From positions 101,246,001 to 101,310,000 of the forward strand of contig JBITNC010000001.1 in assembly GCA_050084985.1 (NCBI GenBank): a DNA stretch of 64,000 bases. Reading direction: 5' to 3'. A program made the position numbers and the translations under genes. Shown in pieces: positions 25,721 through 38,607 of the stretch. The stretch's first letter is position 1. Each line of letters opens with the position of its first letter. Under the pieces are notes generated by a model. The model did no database searches, was not told the DNA's origin, and saw only the letters and a program-made list of their open reading frames with translations. This stretch comes from Nageia nagi (taxonomy: Eukaryota > Plantae > Pinophyta).

Positions 25721-26677
25721 AAACTTGCATTTTCGAACCATTCCGGACTCATTTTGTGCATTTCCGGCCACTCCTGATGTTTTCGAGCTCAATCTTGATC
25801 AAAACGCCCTTTATGGCACCTCCAAGCTCAAACACTGCATTTTTGATGATTTTTGAGCTCAAACAGTGCAAAAAATGACCATTTCTGCCTTTTTGGGCTC
25901 TAAGTTGTAATTTTCCGTCATTTTGGTACTTTCGAGCTCAAAGTATCCAATCCTGCCCATTTTCGGCATGTCCAAACCATTAGCGTGGAAAAAATGACCT
26001 TTTCTGGCATTTTCGAGCATTTTTGGCCATTTTGGGCTCAACTCGTCACTTTTGGTCATTTCCAAGCTTCCTAGACTTAAATCGTGCAAAAACGCACTTT
26101 TTACCATACTGACCATTTTCAGGCTCAAAAGTGACCAAAATGTGTTTTTTTACCTTGTCCTTTTTTAGCTTTCCAGGGTCAACTTTGACAAAAAGTCCAT
26201 TTTTGTCATCCTTGTCATTTTCAAGACACCCGGACTCAAACTTGACAAAAATGCTCATTTTTGTCACCTTAGATACCTCAGCGCCCAAATTATGCAAAAG
26301 CTAGCCTTTCTATTGCACTAGGTGCCTATGAGCTCAATTTCTGCAAAAATATGCTCTTTTGTCAACTATGTCACTCTTACGCTCAAATGTTGCAAAGCGT
26401 GCCCTTTTCTGCTCTATTGGCCACTTGGTGTAAAACTCCCTTCCTGGTCGTTGTCGTGATCCAAAATTGCGTCCTGCTTGATATCGCTTGAAGCTGGGCC
26501 CTAAATGGCCTTTGGACGCGTTGAACTTCCTCAATGCCTCTAGGGTTACCTGTGTGCACTGCTACATCACACAACCGTCATCTAGTCATCTTCAGGCAAT
26601 GTCGGCCATTGCCTTCAAAAAAGTAGGGTTCCCAAAATGTTGCATCTTGGAGTGTGCTGTGCGGGCACAACAGGAAC

Positions 26678-28568
26678 CTATCCCAAGACCTAGCAAGCGT
26701 AGCATGGTGATGGTAGATCTCAGAGACACTGGCTATCATGCTCTCCTCTTAGATGTGCTAGATGATGTAGTGAATGCGGCTTGTGCTAGTGATTCAACCA
26801 CCAAAGCAATCCCTTCCAAACCAATTCATTCTCCTGGATGTAGGGAGAAAGTTCCCCCCTTACAACCAAGTTCAATTCTAGCTCTGAATGTTCCACTTCT
26901 TCTGATGAAGAAACTTATGAGGACCCTGGCCGTGCGGTCGAAGATTCTGGAAAAGAATCGGAAAGCCGCAATGAAAGAGAAGAAGATGATGATGATGTTC
27001 AAAATACTGCCAGTATTCCTAAGCAAGAGGATGTAGTTGTAGGTGTTTCAACACCTGATGAGATAGAAGTTGAAACCATCCCAGATAATGAGATAGTGGG
27101 CATCGGTACTTATGATGATGACGTCTAGATAGCTGGAGAGAGGTGCGCTAGGGAAGTGGCTGCCTCCAAATCCTCTCCTGCTGAACATAGGAAGAAGTCC
27201 CCTTCTTCGCATAAGTCCTCCACAAAGAGGATGAGTCATGAGAGATCTCCTCAACCACGAAACAAGGGCATGTCCATAGACGATGATGGAGGAGATGACG
27301 AAGATGGAGAGACTAAGGAGTAGAAGAAGAAAAGGACGCAAGAAGAGCATTAGGGCAAAGAGATAACCCTAGTTCAGACCACTCCACAAAAGGGGTCAAG
27401 AAGATTGATAGAGTAAGATTGTTGGTTCAGAGATTTCCCCCTTGACCAGCAACCAAACACCCTGACTTGACCTAGATGCCTGTCTTAGAGCCCTCAGCAT
27501 GAGCACGACCCATGATGAAGAAATAGATGATGACTTACGCTCTGAAGATGAAGAGGAAGAGTTTTCGGTTGGCAAGAAGATTCGAAGGGTTGACACTTTC
27601 GTCTCCACCTCTCAAAAAGAGATCTCTATTAGCCATTGCTATTCAAAGGAGAAGCACCCTCAAAGAGCGGAGGACTATGTTATTGAAACATTCAAGATGC
27701 TTGCGAAACTGGGGTTGACAGCCAGAAAGCACATAGTTATGCAGAATGTTATAGTCATGGAGTAGGAAGGCTATGAAGCCAAAAAGGAGGTGAAGAGGTT
27801 GAAGAAGGAACTCACGGCTAGCAGGAAAATCATCAGTGTTCGAAAAGGTTAGCACCACCCCCTTGATCTACAGAGGTAGACTTCCTTCCATGAAAGGTGG
27901 GAATTGATAAAGGAGCAGCTTAAGAAGGAGGTGATAGAGGCTATGAGAGATTGTCTTCACAAATTTACAAGTTGATTGCCGAAGGTGTTGAAATCAAAGA
28001 TCTCAAGGCAAGCATCTCAGCACACCTTGGTAAGTTGGATACTTATCTTTCCAACGTCTCCCACCTACGGCATGTTTTTACTGACAACCCAAAGAAATTA
28101 GTCTATTGCCACAAGTTCACCTATAATCACGATTGGCTGAACCATGCACTCGAGAAGTGCAACGCTTTCTTGAAAACCAGAATCCCCTTGAGAAAGGAGG
28201 TCGACAAACAAATGCGTGAGTATATCTATCAACTCAAGTTCCAAGGGGAGGACAACAATGTTAGGAAGAAGGAAGCAATAATGGCAAAGGCTCAGAATCT
28301 GTTGCAGGAGCATCTTGATATCGATGACCTCAGTTTGCTGAAAGCAGGGCATCCCATCATCCATGAGAGGTAGATGGTCATCTGGAGACACCACATGCAA
28401 GCTATGTCAAAGAAAATTGAAGATTATTTTCGGCAAAATGGCAGCATTGTTGGCATGATCTCCAAGGGCGTGCAGAAGACTATGACATTCTTGGAAGAGA
28501 CCATTAAGTCGTACGATCTCACCAGCGAGGAGTGGAACTCCGCCAGTATCGGATCAAATCTGGCCTAG
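26678..28568 (+). pseudogene. A2 accessory ORF, C-terminal part
   Basis: Continues after B2; fragments 27499-27765, 27951-28373, 28374-28568 are homologous to A1 12325-13638. Confidence 0.8.
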
Positions 28569-30006
28569 GTCTGATCCACCCACAGATTTCGTTTTCGATA
28601 TCTTATTTTGTATTTAATGCATGTTTAATGTTGTTTGATGTTGGTTTATTATGTCAGACTATGTTTCATTTGATTTGACTAGTGTATGGATGAGGTTTTG
28701 CTCCCGCCAGATCAAATCCGTCAAACTCATTTATGGCTCTGAACAGTGCAGGGATGAGGTTTCACTCCCGCCGGTCTAGATGTCAAACTTTTCAGACCAT
28801 TTATTGCATATCAGATTTGCTTTTGCATAGATTAGAGGTAGATTAGATGCATTTTGACGGTGGCATTCATATTCTATCTGCTTTTGAGTACCACTTGCAT
28901 AGTTTTGTATAACAATATGATTTTGTATTGATATGCGTGTTGCATGTGTGCACACCATATCATATTTGATGCCTTTAGGGCAACACTTCTAGTGGCCTAT
29001 TTATATCCCATCCAAGCCATTTAGAAGGGGATTTTGACACTAGGGATTTTGCATCGGATTTTGATGAGAAATTTTTGCATTGGACTTTTGCATATGAGAT
29101 ATTTACAATGGAGGATCTCTGCAATTTTGCATCCAAACTGTTGCATGATTTCATGCATTGTTGCATATGCAAGACTCTGCATTTAATGGAAATATCATAT
29201 ATTTGTGCTCTTGCACCTTTGAGATTCTGGCTATCAAGTCTATGTATGTAATCATTTTGAGCCTTTGCATCTTTTAGTATTTACATTCCATTGCATAGAA
29301 GATTGCTGCATAAGGGGTTCTATGCATGTCCATTATTGAATATCATTATGAATGTATTTCTCTTGAGGAATTAGATTGTAAAGTTTATATTGTAAAGGAT
29401 ATCATTTGTGGGACTGTGCATATTTAAATGGTTCTCTCTCGAGGTTGCATATTGAATATCCATTTTGTTGGTTTGAGTTGTTCTTTGCATGATTTGCACG
29501 TAAGTGAATGTATTTTGAGGCCTATAGCTTGTCTTTATATCATTCGGTTAGGTTCTTGCAGTCACACCCTCACCTCACCTATATCCTTCCCAGCAAGTCT
29601 TCCACCGAGACCCAACAGCTTCCTGCTCTCGTCTGGTAGTGATTTGGGCATATTTGCTATTTGCTGCCCGGCTTGATAGTGAGCGCATCAACCTTAATGA
29701 ATCTAAGGATGAACTGCCGAGATACTGCATCACTGATGATACTTTCCTAAGCCTTTTTTGCCTTGTGTTCCCTTGCATTTATCCCTGTGTTCGTCCCTGC
29801 ATTTGTGATCTTTCTTCGCTTTCGTTCATATATGCAGTCTTTCCTCATTGTAGAAAGGAACTCTGACATGTATTTCCCTTGTATACAGCTAATAGCATGC
29901 ACCTTTGACTACTGAGCCTTGAAGACCATGTTCCCTGTGAGTGCTTGGGGTAACCAATCCTTTGTGCATGTTTTGCACTAGGAAAGAAAAACATACCAAC
30001 ACACCA

Positions 30007-30709
30007 TATTGGCATTTCTAGGACAAATAGGTACTTGGTATCTGCTATGGCGGATTTTCTGTTCTTGCCATATAGGAACAAAAATACCAAGAGCGAGCTC
30101 ATTTAAAACCTTTTCGTCTCTACAAGCTGGGACAACTGTTGGGCCATGCAATCGTTGATCACCTTGCTCCATCTAATCCCTTTTCCTTGGCTAATATGAT
30201 GTATGAAGCCCACGAACTCCTTCCTTAATTGTTGGTCATTCTCTTGCCCTGTTATTCTGCATAGCATGTTGTTGAAGAATTTCAAGGAGTCCACCATACT
30301 AAATATGATTCCCTCATTACTCTAGGCAAAGGCACTCTGTATTCCTTCCATCGTGAAGTTTAATATCTTGGTGCCCTCATTGTTGTTGAGGATCCTTTCC
30401 TTCTTGTTGTAGTATCTGGCTACTTCAAGCCACAATTCTGGGAATGGAGCGATATATGGGATCACATAGGCTTCAACAATTCTGGACTGAGCAAGTGTCA
30501 TTGAGCAACTGTTCATATGGGATCTTGGCCATCTTTTCTAATGACTTGACAAGGTCAGTGGATTCCTAGTCGGTGTCTCTGATATGACAAAGGCCGTCTA
30601 CTAATGTGGCCATAGGGAAAGCAATCCTCCCTCCTTTTTCTAGGGTGATCAAGCTAATCTTCATGAGTCTCTCCATCTGGAGCTCCTTGTTTTTCTTAGC
30701 AATACTCAT
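30007..30709 (-). pseudogene. B1 accessory ORF, N-terminal part
   Basis: ATG at 30709; PYIAPFPELWLEVARYY..ILNFTMEGIQSAF; GKGIRWSKVINDCMAQQL..KRF, homologous to the A-family domain. Confidence 0.8.
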
Positions 30710-31734
30710 GATTTAAACATGTGGAGCACAATAAGGTGTTAGGAGTGATACTAGGTATCTTTGGAGCGATTTTGGAGTGAAAAAGAGAGTCAAAATTTTC
30801 GCCTATTTTTGGGTTTTTCAGAAGCTGTGGATTTTCGAGAATTTTGAAGTTCGTCGGAAGTGGAAAACGAGTACATGGAGTGTTGGAAAATTAATCTAGG
30901 AGGCTTGTGAACAAGTCTCAGAGAAAAATATTGAATTTTCGATGTCCGAATTAACTCGCTGTTTTTTTAACCCATGTATTCATTTTTTGACAAGGTTTGG
31001 CAGCTTCGAAGCTTGGAAAGATGGGGATGCAAAAGCTTCGTTCGAGGGAAGTGAATGATGGAAGCTACTCTCCTATATGAGGTATATCACTTTGGTATTC
31101 ACTTCGAAGTTTGGATCTTTCAAAATTTGAGAGTTTTTAGGCCTTGAAAAAGCATTTTTTGTGTTTTTTCATGTTTTTTCAAAAAACTTAAAAATGGTGA
31201 AAAATGGCCAAAAGATAGGGGTGCGAAATTTTGAAAAATTTTGAAAAGTGGATTTGACCTAATGGATGGATAGAGGATGATATTCTAAGCTTTTTGAAAA
31301 CTTTTGAAAAGGTTTGGGGCTATTTTGGATCTTGTAAGCAAATTTCAAGTTTTTGAGCAAGTTTGTGAGGTTTTGTGAGGATTTTGCTCAAAAATGGATG
31401 CATGGAAGGTCAAGTAGAGTGTTGTGGAGTAAATGAGAGGCTTAAGGGGGTATTTATTGGGTTTTTGTGCCTTTTGAATGCTCCTTAGTGGGTTTTTGAC
31501 CTAAAAAGTGCTCTAAGGGTGCATTATGCACGTTTCTCAAGGTTGTGGAGCCTTCAAACACTCCATAGGTTTGAAAATCAGCGCCTACCTTTTGGAGGCA
31601 CTTTATTTGGTCAAAATGGAAAATTTCAAAGTTTAAATGTGATTCAAATCACTTCCTTCACCCATTTATGTTCCCAAAATCCAATTTTGATGAATTTTGG
31701 GGCTTTCTACTTGCATCTAGGCACTAGAAATCAC

Positions 31735-33075
31735 TTGTTTGGATTCTCCAATGGCTTGCAAACCTACGCCTGACCTTTTCGAGCATTTCTAGTGCTCAAA
31801 TTCGAAATTTTGTCGATCTAAACATGCTTAAAATGCCTTCTTCCATGCAACCATGTGAAAAAATTTGAGTTTTTGCAAAAAAATTGATTTTTCCTCATGC
31901 TAGGGCAATTTTTCAACCCATTGGATTTAGAAAAATCAGCAAACCAGTGCCTAGGATTTTGGGTGACTTCCCTTGCTCAATTTCGAAAAAATACAAGTTT
32001 AAATGTTCTTATTTTCATGTTTTCCATGCATTTGACCCCTTAGGTTCGAATTTTGAGGCAAATTTTTGCAAATTCTTGTTCCTAGGCGCTAGATTTCACT
32101 CCATTGGATTTCCAATGGCATGAAAAACTGCGCCTGCCTTTTGGGGGACTTTTCATTGCTCAAAATTCAAATTTTGCAAGTTTAAATGTGCTAGAATTGA
32201 GGTTTTTCACCCAATGAACACCTTGGGATCGATTTTTAATGCATTTTGCACTTATTCCTCAAGTTAAACATTAGAAATCACTCCTATGGATTTGGAAACA
32301 TTAGCAAACCTACACCTAGCATTTGGAGGGTCAAAACTTGCTTAATTTCGAAATTTTCAAGACCTAAATGTGCTAGAAATCACATTTTAGACCCAATGGA
32401 AATCACATTTTAGACCCAATGGACCCCTCAAACTTGAGTTTTGACCAAATGTTTTCAAATTTCATGATTCTAGGCACTAGATTTCATCCCATTGGATTTC
32501 CATAGCCTTGAAAACCTGCACCTAGACTTTAGGGTGCTCAAAATAGAAAGTTTTGAGACCTAAATGTGTTTGCAATCATGTTTTCCTTGGTCCCAAGCAC
32601 TTAAACTTGATTTTTGGTCAAAAAACATTCCATCTTGTCATTCTAGGTGCCATTTTTCATGCCAACGGATTTGAAAAAATCTAGAAACTTGTACCTAGCA
32701 TTCTGGGGGTCTTTACTTGCTCAAAACCAAAAATTTCAAGACCTAATGTGGCTTAGAACCATCATTTCCACTCATTTATGCATTTAGATTTCATTTTCAA
32801 TGCATTTTCATTTTTCTCTCCATTTTATAGGTGCCAAAATGCACTTCTATGGATTTCCCATAGGCTTGAAAAATTACACCTAGCCTTTGAATGCCTTAGA
32901 CTTGGTCAGAATTGAAAATTTCGAGTCCTAATTGTGATAGAATTCACCTTATCTCTCCGAATACGTTTTTAGACTCGAATTCCGATACCATTTGTATTTA
33001 TCTCTGAAAAATGTGCACCATTTTTCCCCCACTTGGATCTTCAATACCTTGGGAAAACATGCCTATGGCTACGGG
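31735..33075. repeat. Degenerate ~182-bp tandem array in B1
   Basis: GGATT anchors at ~31741, 31923, 32106, 32288, 32494 (includes a 24-bp local duplication), 32667, 32851, 33035; unit-by-unit orthologous to the B2 array. Confidence 0.8.
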
Positions 33076-33959
33076 TACTCAAACTCACACTTTCGATCCA
33101 TTCCGGACTCAATTTGTGCATTTCCGACCACTCCTGGTGTTTCCAAGCTCAAACTCAATCAAAACACCCTTTCCGACACCCCAAGCTCAAACTTTGCATT
33201 TTTGATGATTTCTGAGCTCAAACAGTGCAAAAACGACCACTTTTGCCTTTTTGAGTTCAAAGTTGTCATTTTCTGTCATTTTCGGCATTACCGAGCTTAA
33301 AGTATTCATTTCCTCCCATTTCCGGTATTTCTGGTTCCTAAGTGTGAAAAATGACCTTTTCCAGCATTTTCGAGCACTTTTGGCCATTCTGGGCTCAACT
33401 TGTCATTTTTGATAATTTCCAAGCTTTCTAGACTCAAATTGTGCAAAAACGTACATTTTCATCATACTAACCATTTCCGAGCTCAAAAGTGACCAAAAAG
33501 CGCTTTTCTAACATACTTGCACTTTTCCAGCTTTCCGAGGTCAACTTTGACAAAAACGTCCATTTTTGTCATCCTTTTCATTTTCACTGCACTCAGACTC
33601 AAAGTTTGACAAAATGCATTTTGTCAACTGAACTTTTGCACTCAAATACTGCAAAAACGCACCTTTTACGCTCTGTTGGCCACTTTGTGAAAAACTCCCT
33701 TCCTAGTCGTTGTCATGATCCAAAATTGCATCCTAATTGATGTTGCTTGAAACTAGGCCATAAATGGCCGTTGGACGGGCTGAACTACCCTGGTGCCTCT
33801 GGGGGTACTTGCGTGCACTGCCTAATCACTTGGCCACTCTAACTCTTCACTCTAGCCGTTGTGTAGTCATCTTCAGGCAATGTCGTCCATTGCCTTCAAA
33901 AAATGTAGGGTCCCCAAAATGCTACATCTTGGGGTGTGTTGTGCGGGCACAATAGGATC

Positions 33960-35366
33960 ATAGTTTCTTAATGTTGCCTCCTTGTAGAAAATGTACTGTT
34001 GTAGCTCCTTTCGTATGCTTTTGGCATCAACCCAAGTTTGAAAAACATTAATTGCAATGGAGATAAGCAAGTTAATAGTTGTATCTTTCTTTTTCCATAC
34101 TCTCTCCTTCAAAAATAACAGCTGCTTGGCAAACTCCATGAGGACTAGCCTCTCGCTAGCATATTTGGGCAAGAGAATAGGCTGCTCCTTGGAGCCATAG
34201 ACCCTAATGTAGGTGTAGTCAATATATGCAAATAGAAAATTTGCATGTACACTGATGGCCTGGATGGCTACATCAGAAATCCTCTTGACAATTGATTCTT
34301 CTTTGATCTCTTTGTAGATAGCATATTCCCACTCATCATTTCTCATGTAGTATTGCCTAGACTTATTGTGATACTAGGGTGTCTTTCTTACCACTTGGGG
34401 TAAATGTTCCATACTAGGGTGTCTTTCTTACCTAACTGTCTCTCATCTACATGTTCCCTTGACCTACATTTACCATGCAATAAAAGATACTACGTAAGAG
34501 TTCATGTAAAACCTCCTAGAGGAGCCCAAATAGGCCAACTGATGGCACAAGGCATCACTGATCACTCCACTCCACCATATAGCTGTCCTTTAGCTGATCA
34601 TGGCGATGAAACCGGTGAACTCCTTTTTGTACTTAGTATCAATGTCTTTTAATGTGACCAGAATAGCAAAGTAATCAATTTGGACACTATGGGGATGAAT
34701 TCTTCCCTGCGAGCATTGACTAACCTTTGGCCCTAGAGGCCCTGATAATCATCATAAAGCCAATGTATGATGTAATCCCTAGTCTTAGTTGTGCTATCAT
34801 AGAATTCAACTAATTGGGCTTCAGTATACTCATCTCCATATCTCTTCTAGCCAAAAGCAGCTTCGATCGCTGCTGGAGTGAAATCCATAATCATGTTCCC
34901 GTTAGTGTCTAAGAAAACTCTCTTATCTAGCTTACAACGCTTGGCCACCTCATAGCACAAGTCAGGAAAAAGAACAGCAAAAGGCATCATGGTAGCATTG
35001 AACAATTCGCAAGAGTAGATAATCTCATCTTGTAAATTCTCCTTTATTGATACTGGTTGTGAATGCAATAGTTTGGATGGGGTCAATGTTTCCCCAATCG
35101 ATGTCTTCGACAAAAGTGAATCTCGCCTTGAATTTGGCTTCAGGGAGCTCTGGCTTTTCTCTTTCTTGAAATTCAATTTGGCTTTCTCTGAGAAGCCTCT
35201 CCATTTGATCTTTTGTAACAAGCCTCTCGAAGAGTTGCCTTTGGAACTTTTTGCGTTTGGACGGGGTAGACCTTGCCCTGGAACTCGTTTTGAAATCTGG
35301 AAAATATGTCAAATAAGCAAGAAAGGTCTGAATTCTGACAAGAAATTGCCAACTGGTGCTAGGCAC
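33960..35366 (-). pseudogene. A1 accessory ORF, N-terminal conserved domain
   Basis: IDWGNIDPIQT; ELFNATMMPFAVLFPDLCYEVAKRC; YKEIKEESIVKRISDVAIQAISVH...LRNYDP. Confidence 0.8.
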
Positions 35367-36680
35367 ACTACTTTGGATGTGTCCTGGAGCAATGCAGAAG
35401 ATTCCAGAGGTGTACGCTTAGGCTACTGAATTGTCTTGCTAATATGGACTGAAAAATGCTCTTTTATAGAGGCTGCAAGGAGGGTGAATGTTTGGCACAC
35501 TACATGGGTGCCACCTGTCTGCTTGGTGTTTCTACTCCTGGCTCCTCAATACGTAGCCAAATTTGGATCACAATTTCTAGAGTGCACCAATTTGAATGGG
35601 AGCTTTTTCATAGCCTGAAAACCATGCGCTTGGGTACCTAATGGAGGAACACATCAATCAATTTAACCTTACTAGGGAAAAAATATTTCACATTGAATGG
35701 CTAAATCACTTCACACTAGGGTGCGCCAATTTGGACAAGTTCCTTTTCACTACACAAAAACCTTACACCTCAAACTATCATGCATAAATAATCGAAGGAG
35801 TATGAAATGCACCTTATATCCTAAATACTTAGCCAAATTCTTCAATATGGACCGGTGCACCAATTTAGATGGGTCCTTTTGCACTATTCAAAAATCATGT
35901 GCCTAGATCAATTAGGGAAAATCATGCAGAAAAATGAGGTAATTTTCAGTAAATGGCTTCCAGGATCATGTTTACCCTTTCCTTACCAAAAAAAGGGCTT
36001 TTGACAACTCAAATGTCTTCACAAACCCTTATTTCTCTTGCGCGCACCGATTTGCAGTAGTCCTTTTTCATAGCTTGGAAATGGTGCGACTAGGGAGCCT
36101 TAGAAAAAATGAAATGAAGTGTTAAAAGAAATGCAAGGGGTGACCATCTATTTATAGTTTTGGAAGCTACCACATGTCACCTTTTAATTGGCCAAAGATG
36201 AGGTCAAATGGTTGTGCTAAGATGGAGGGCGCACCTTTTGGTGTGAGTGCTTTTTCATGTTCCAGAATGCATGCGCCTATCAACTTGGTGTGACAAATGA
36301 CTTAGCCAAATTCTCTTCTTAAAATTGACCCGTCAAAGCCTGGGCGCACCATTTTAAGTGTTTTTGTACTCTACATAATCCTTGCGCCTAGAGTCAAACA
36401 CAACTTGCAATCCTTCAAAAATATGGGCACACCAAAAAAAGAAGTCCTTTGCACATCCCAAAAAACATGTGCTTGGGCCAAGGTGAAATTTTACACTTAG
36501 ACAAAAATGCTTGGTCCAGGGTCTAGACGGCTTGTGGCTGGCACACTAAAATTGATGAGTGCTTTTTTGGTTTCCCAAAATTAGGCGCACAACTCCTATG
36601 GCGCTTTTACCAATGCAAGGAAATGAATTGGAAAAAAATGGCATCCAAAAAATGGCTTTCAAGGTGGGGCACGTGAAATC

Positions 36681-37794
36681 TGTTGGGATCTAACAAGACT
36701 ATGTTCAAGTGATAGTACAATAAAATAAATAAATAATAAGTTAATGGCACGACACAACAAAGAGATTTACCCTAGTTCACCCAATTGGGCTACATCCAAC
36801 AAGAAAATGGAGCATCAACTCTTTCAGATTGTATTATCAATGCTTTGTACAATCAAGCAAATATGCCTCTAGATCATACAATGTAAAATCACATGTGCAA
36901 CCACAATACATCCAGTGATCTCCATACAACAACCATCATACAATCTAAATATCACAAATCCATGATATAACCCTCATGCTATACCAGATGAGATATCCAT
37001 AATCTGTACATTAGTGCTACACCACACTCAACACTATACCATGCTCCACGAACCATGATCCATGCACTAAGGCATACAAAATCCATGCATCAACTACTAT
37101 ACCGCAGTCCATAATGCATGATCTAACATGCACTCTCATGCCCAAACCAGGACATACACAATCATCCCATGATGGGATCCATGCATCTACCGCAACATGT
37201 ATGCCATGTTCATATGTGTATCAAGGTTCACATACCATGTCTCCCACACATAGCATACTCACACACAATATGATCTTTCACATTCACATTATGTGATCCA
37301 TCTCAATACCAACACGAACCACGTACTATCCCAGTGTGCCATGCCCAAACCTTGAGCATACTTGATCCTCTCCAGGATACTCCTTCATGCTCTTCCATGC
37401 CCAACCCAAGGAAAAAGCATTGATCCAAAGAATTCTTGATGTTTCCCCAACTACCATATTTATAGGATAAATCCATCCTAAAACCACATAGTAGTATTAC
37501 AATACAATTAGCATAAAACCATGGGCTAAAACCACCCATTACATTTTGTCCAATTGTCTCCTCTTGAAAAACGTAGTTGCAGTCGTAGAAAAACTAGTCT
37601 ACTTGCATAGATCATAACTTCTTATCTAAAACTTTGTTTTGCACATTCTTAGAACCGTTAGAAAGGTCTAGATGTGTAGAATCTACATACAAAATTTAGT
37701 CACATTTGGAGCAGTATAGAACCTTAGTATTTCACCTACACCAAAACGTAGCTGTACAAAATATTTATTTACAAAGGATGAAACACACCCAACA
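36681..37794 (-). mobile_element. Solo LTR (Copia-like, 1.1 kb) inserted in A1
   Basis: 7-bp terminal inverted repeat TGTTGGG...CCCAACA; TSD AAATC/AATTC; minus-strand CCTATAAAT (~37459-37467) and U5-like GGATGTAGCCCAATTGGGTGAACTAGGGTAAATC. Confidence 0.75.
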
Positions 37795-38129
37795 AATTCC
37801 CAATAGTGCCTCACCTTTGCACATGCAAAATTCCCAACACAATGCAAAATAACTTGGCCAAATGCATAAAACAGTGGAGTTGACCCTCTTTTATAGCCTA
37901 CACCCTCATATGGACAAGTGTCACATGCCGATTGATGGAAATGAAGGCCCAATGCATGCTAACACACTTGTTTGGTCCATAGTGGACGTCCCAGAATCTT
38001 GACACACAGCCAATTTCGTGCATATTAGGAGTGGGCGCACCATTTTGGGTGAGTGCTTTTGCATGTCCCCAAAAACATGCACTCAAGCTCTTTTTACCAA
38101 AATCTCAAAAAAATGCTAAGTGTTGAAAG

Positions 38130-38607
38130 CCTGGTTTGAAAATCTGCGAGTAATCAGCGAATACTTGCGAGTAACCATGATTCGGAGGCAAAACGAGTAA
38201 TAGGGGGTCATTACTCAGCCCTGGCAGTTTTTGGAGGTTACTCAGCGGTTACTCAGTAGTTACTCAACAATTACTCAGCTACTATCAAAATAGAGCTAAA
38301 AAAACATGAAAAAAGATAGTAAACACCAAAATATGCCTTTTACCTATCTTATTGTGTCTCATTCTTCTCATTCCATTGTGTTAGCTCAGTTTTTTGCTCT
38401 GTAGATCAGTCTGTGAAAGATTCAAAGTTTGAGTATCAATTTGAAGAGCTTTACTGTTAATTTGTAATTTTTTTCATATTTTGAAATGTTCGAGGTTTTT
38501 TTCCCGAGTTTTGATGCCGAGTTTTTACCGAATACTCTCCGAGTTGCCGAGTACTCTCTAAATTTTTCCTAGCCGAGTAGTTCCCGAGTCCGAGTTTTCC
38601 AACCTTG
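38130..38607. mobile_element. hAT-type MITE inserted in A1
   Basis: Perfect 8-bp TSD GTTGAAAG (38122-38129, 38608-38615); imperfect TIR CCTGGTTTGAAAA / TTTTCCAACCTTG; TACTCAG and CCGAGT subterminal repeats. Confidence 0.85.

Larger units (their letters stand above)
21603..26672 (-). mobile_element. Element B2: 5.07-kb internally deleted B-family element, innermost layer of the nest
   Basis: Perfect TGTTG...CAACA ends; perfect TSD GGAAC (21598-21602, 26673-26677); colinear with B1 except for a shortened ORF. Confidence 0.9.
18225..30001 (+). mobile_element. Element A2: ORF-bearing TG..CA element (~6.7 kb net), inserted in the B1 ORF
   Basis: Ends TGTTGTGTCTACACAACACCCCCC / GAAAAACATACCAACA; TSD TACCA/CACCA; removing it rejoins B1 EMPIW|.SYPRFQ. 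Confidence 0.85.
14592..33954 (-). mobile_element. Element B1: ORF-bearing TG..CA element (~7.6 kb net), inserted in the A1 ORF
   Basis: Perfect TSD GGATC (14587-14591, 33955-33959); termini TATTGGGATGG / GCGGGCACAATA are C->T-type variants of the B2 termini; removing it rejoins A1 ...RNYDP|RGVIAHFY. Confidence 0.85.

Noticed and set aside
14592-26672. 14592-15830 and 21603-22875 as the paired LTRs of a single retrotransposon
   Set aside because: Each belongs to a separate element with its own TSD (GGATC at 14587/33955; GGAAC at 21598/26673); no PBS or PPT at the putative inner ends.
26488-27036. 182-aa ORF spanning the B2/A2 junction
   Set aside because: Chimeric, mostly off-frame read-through across an insertion boundary.
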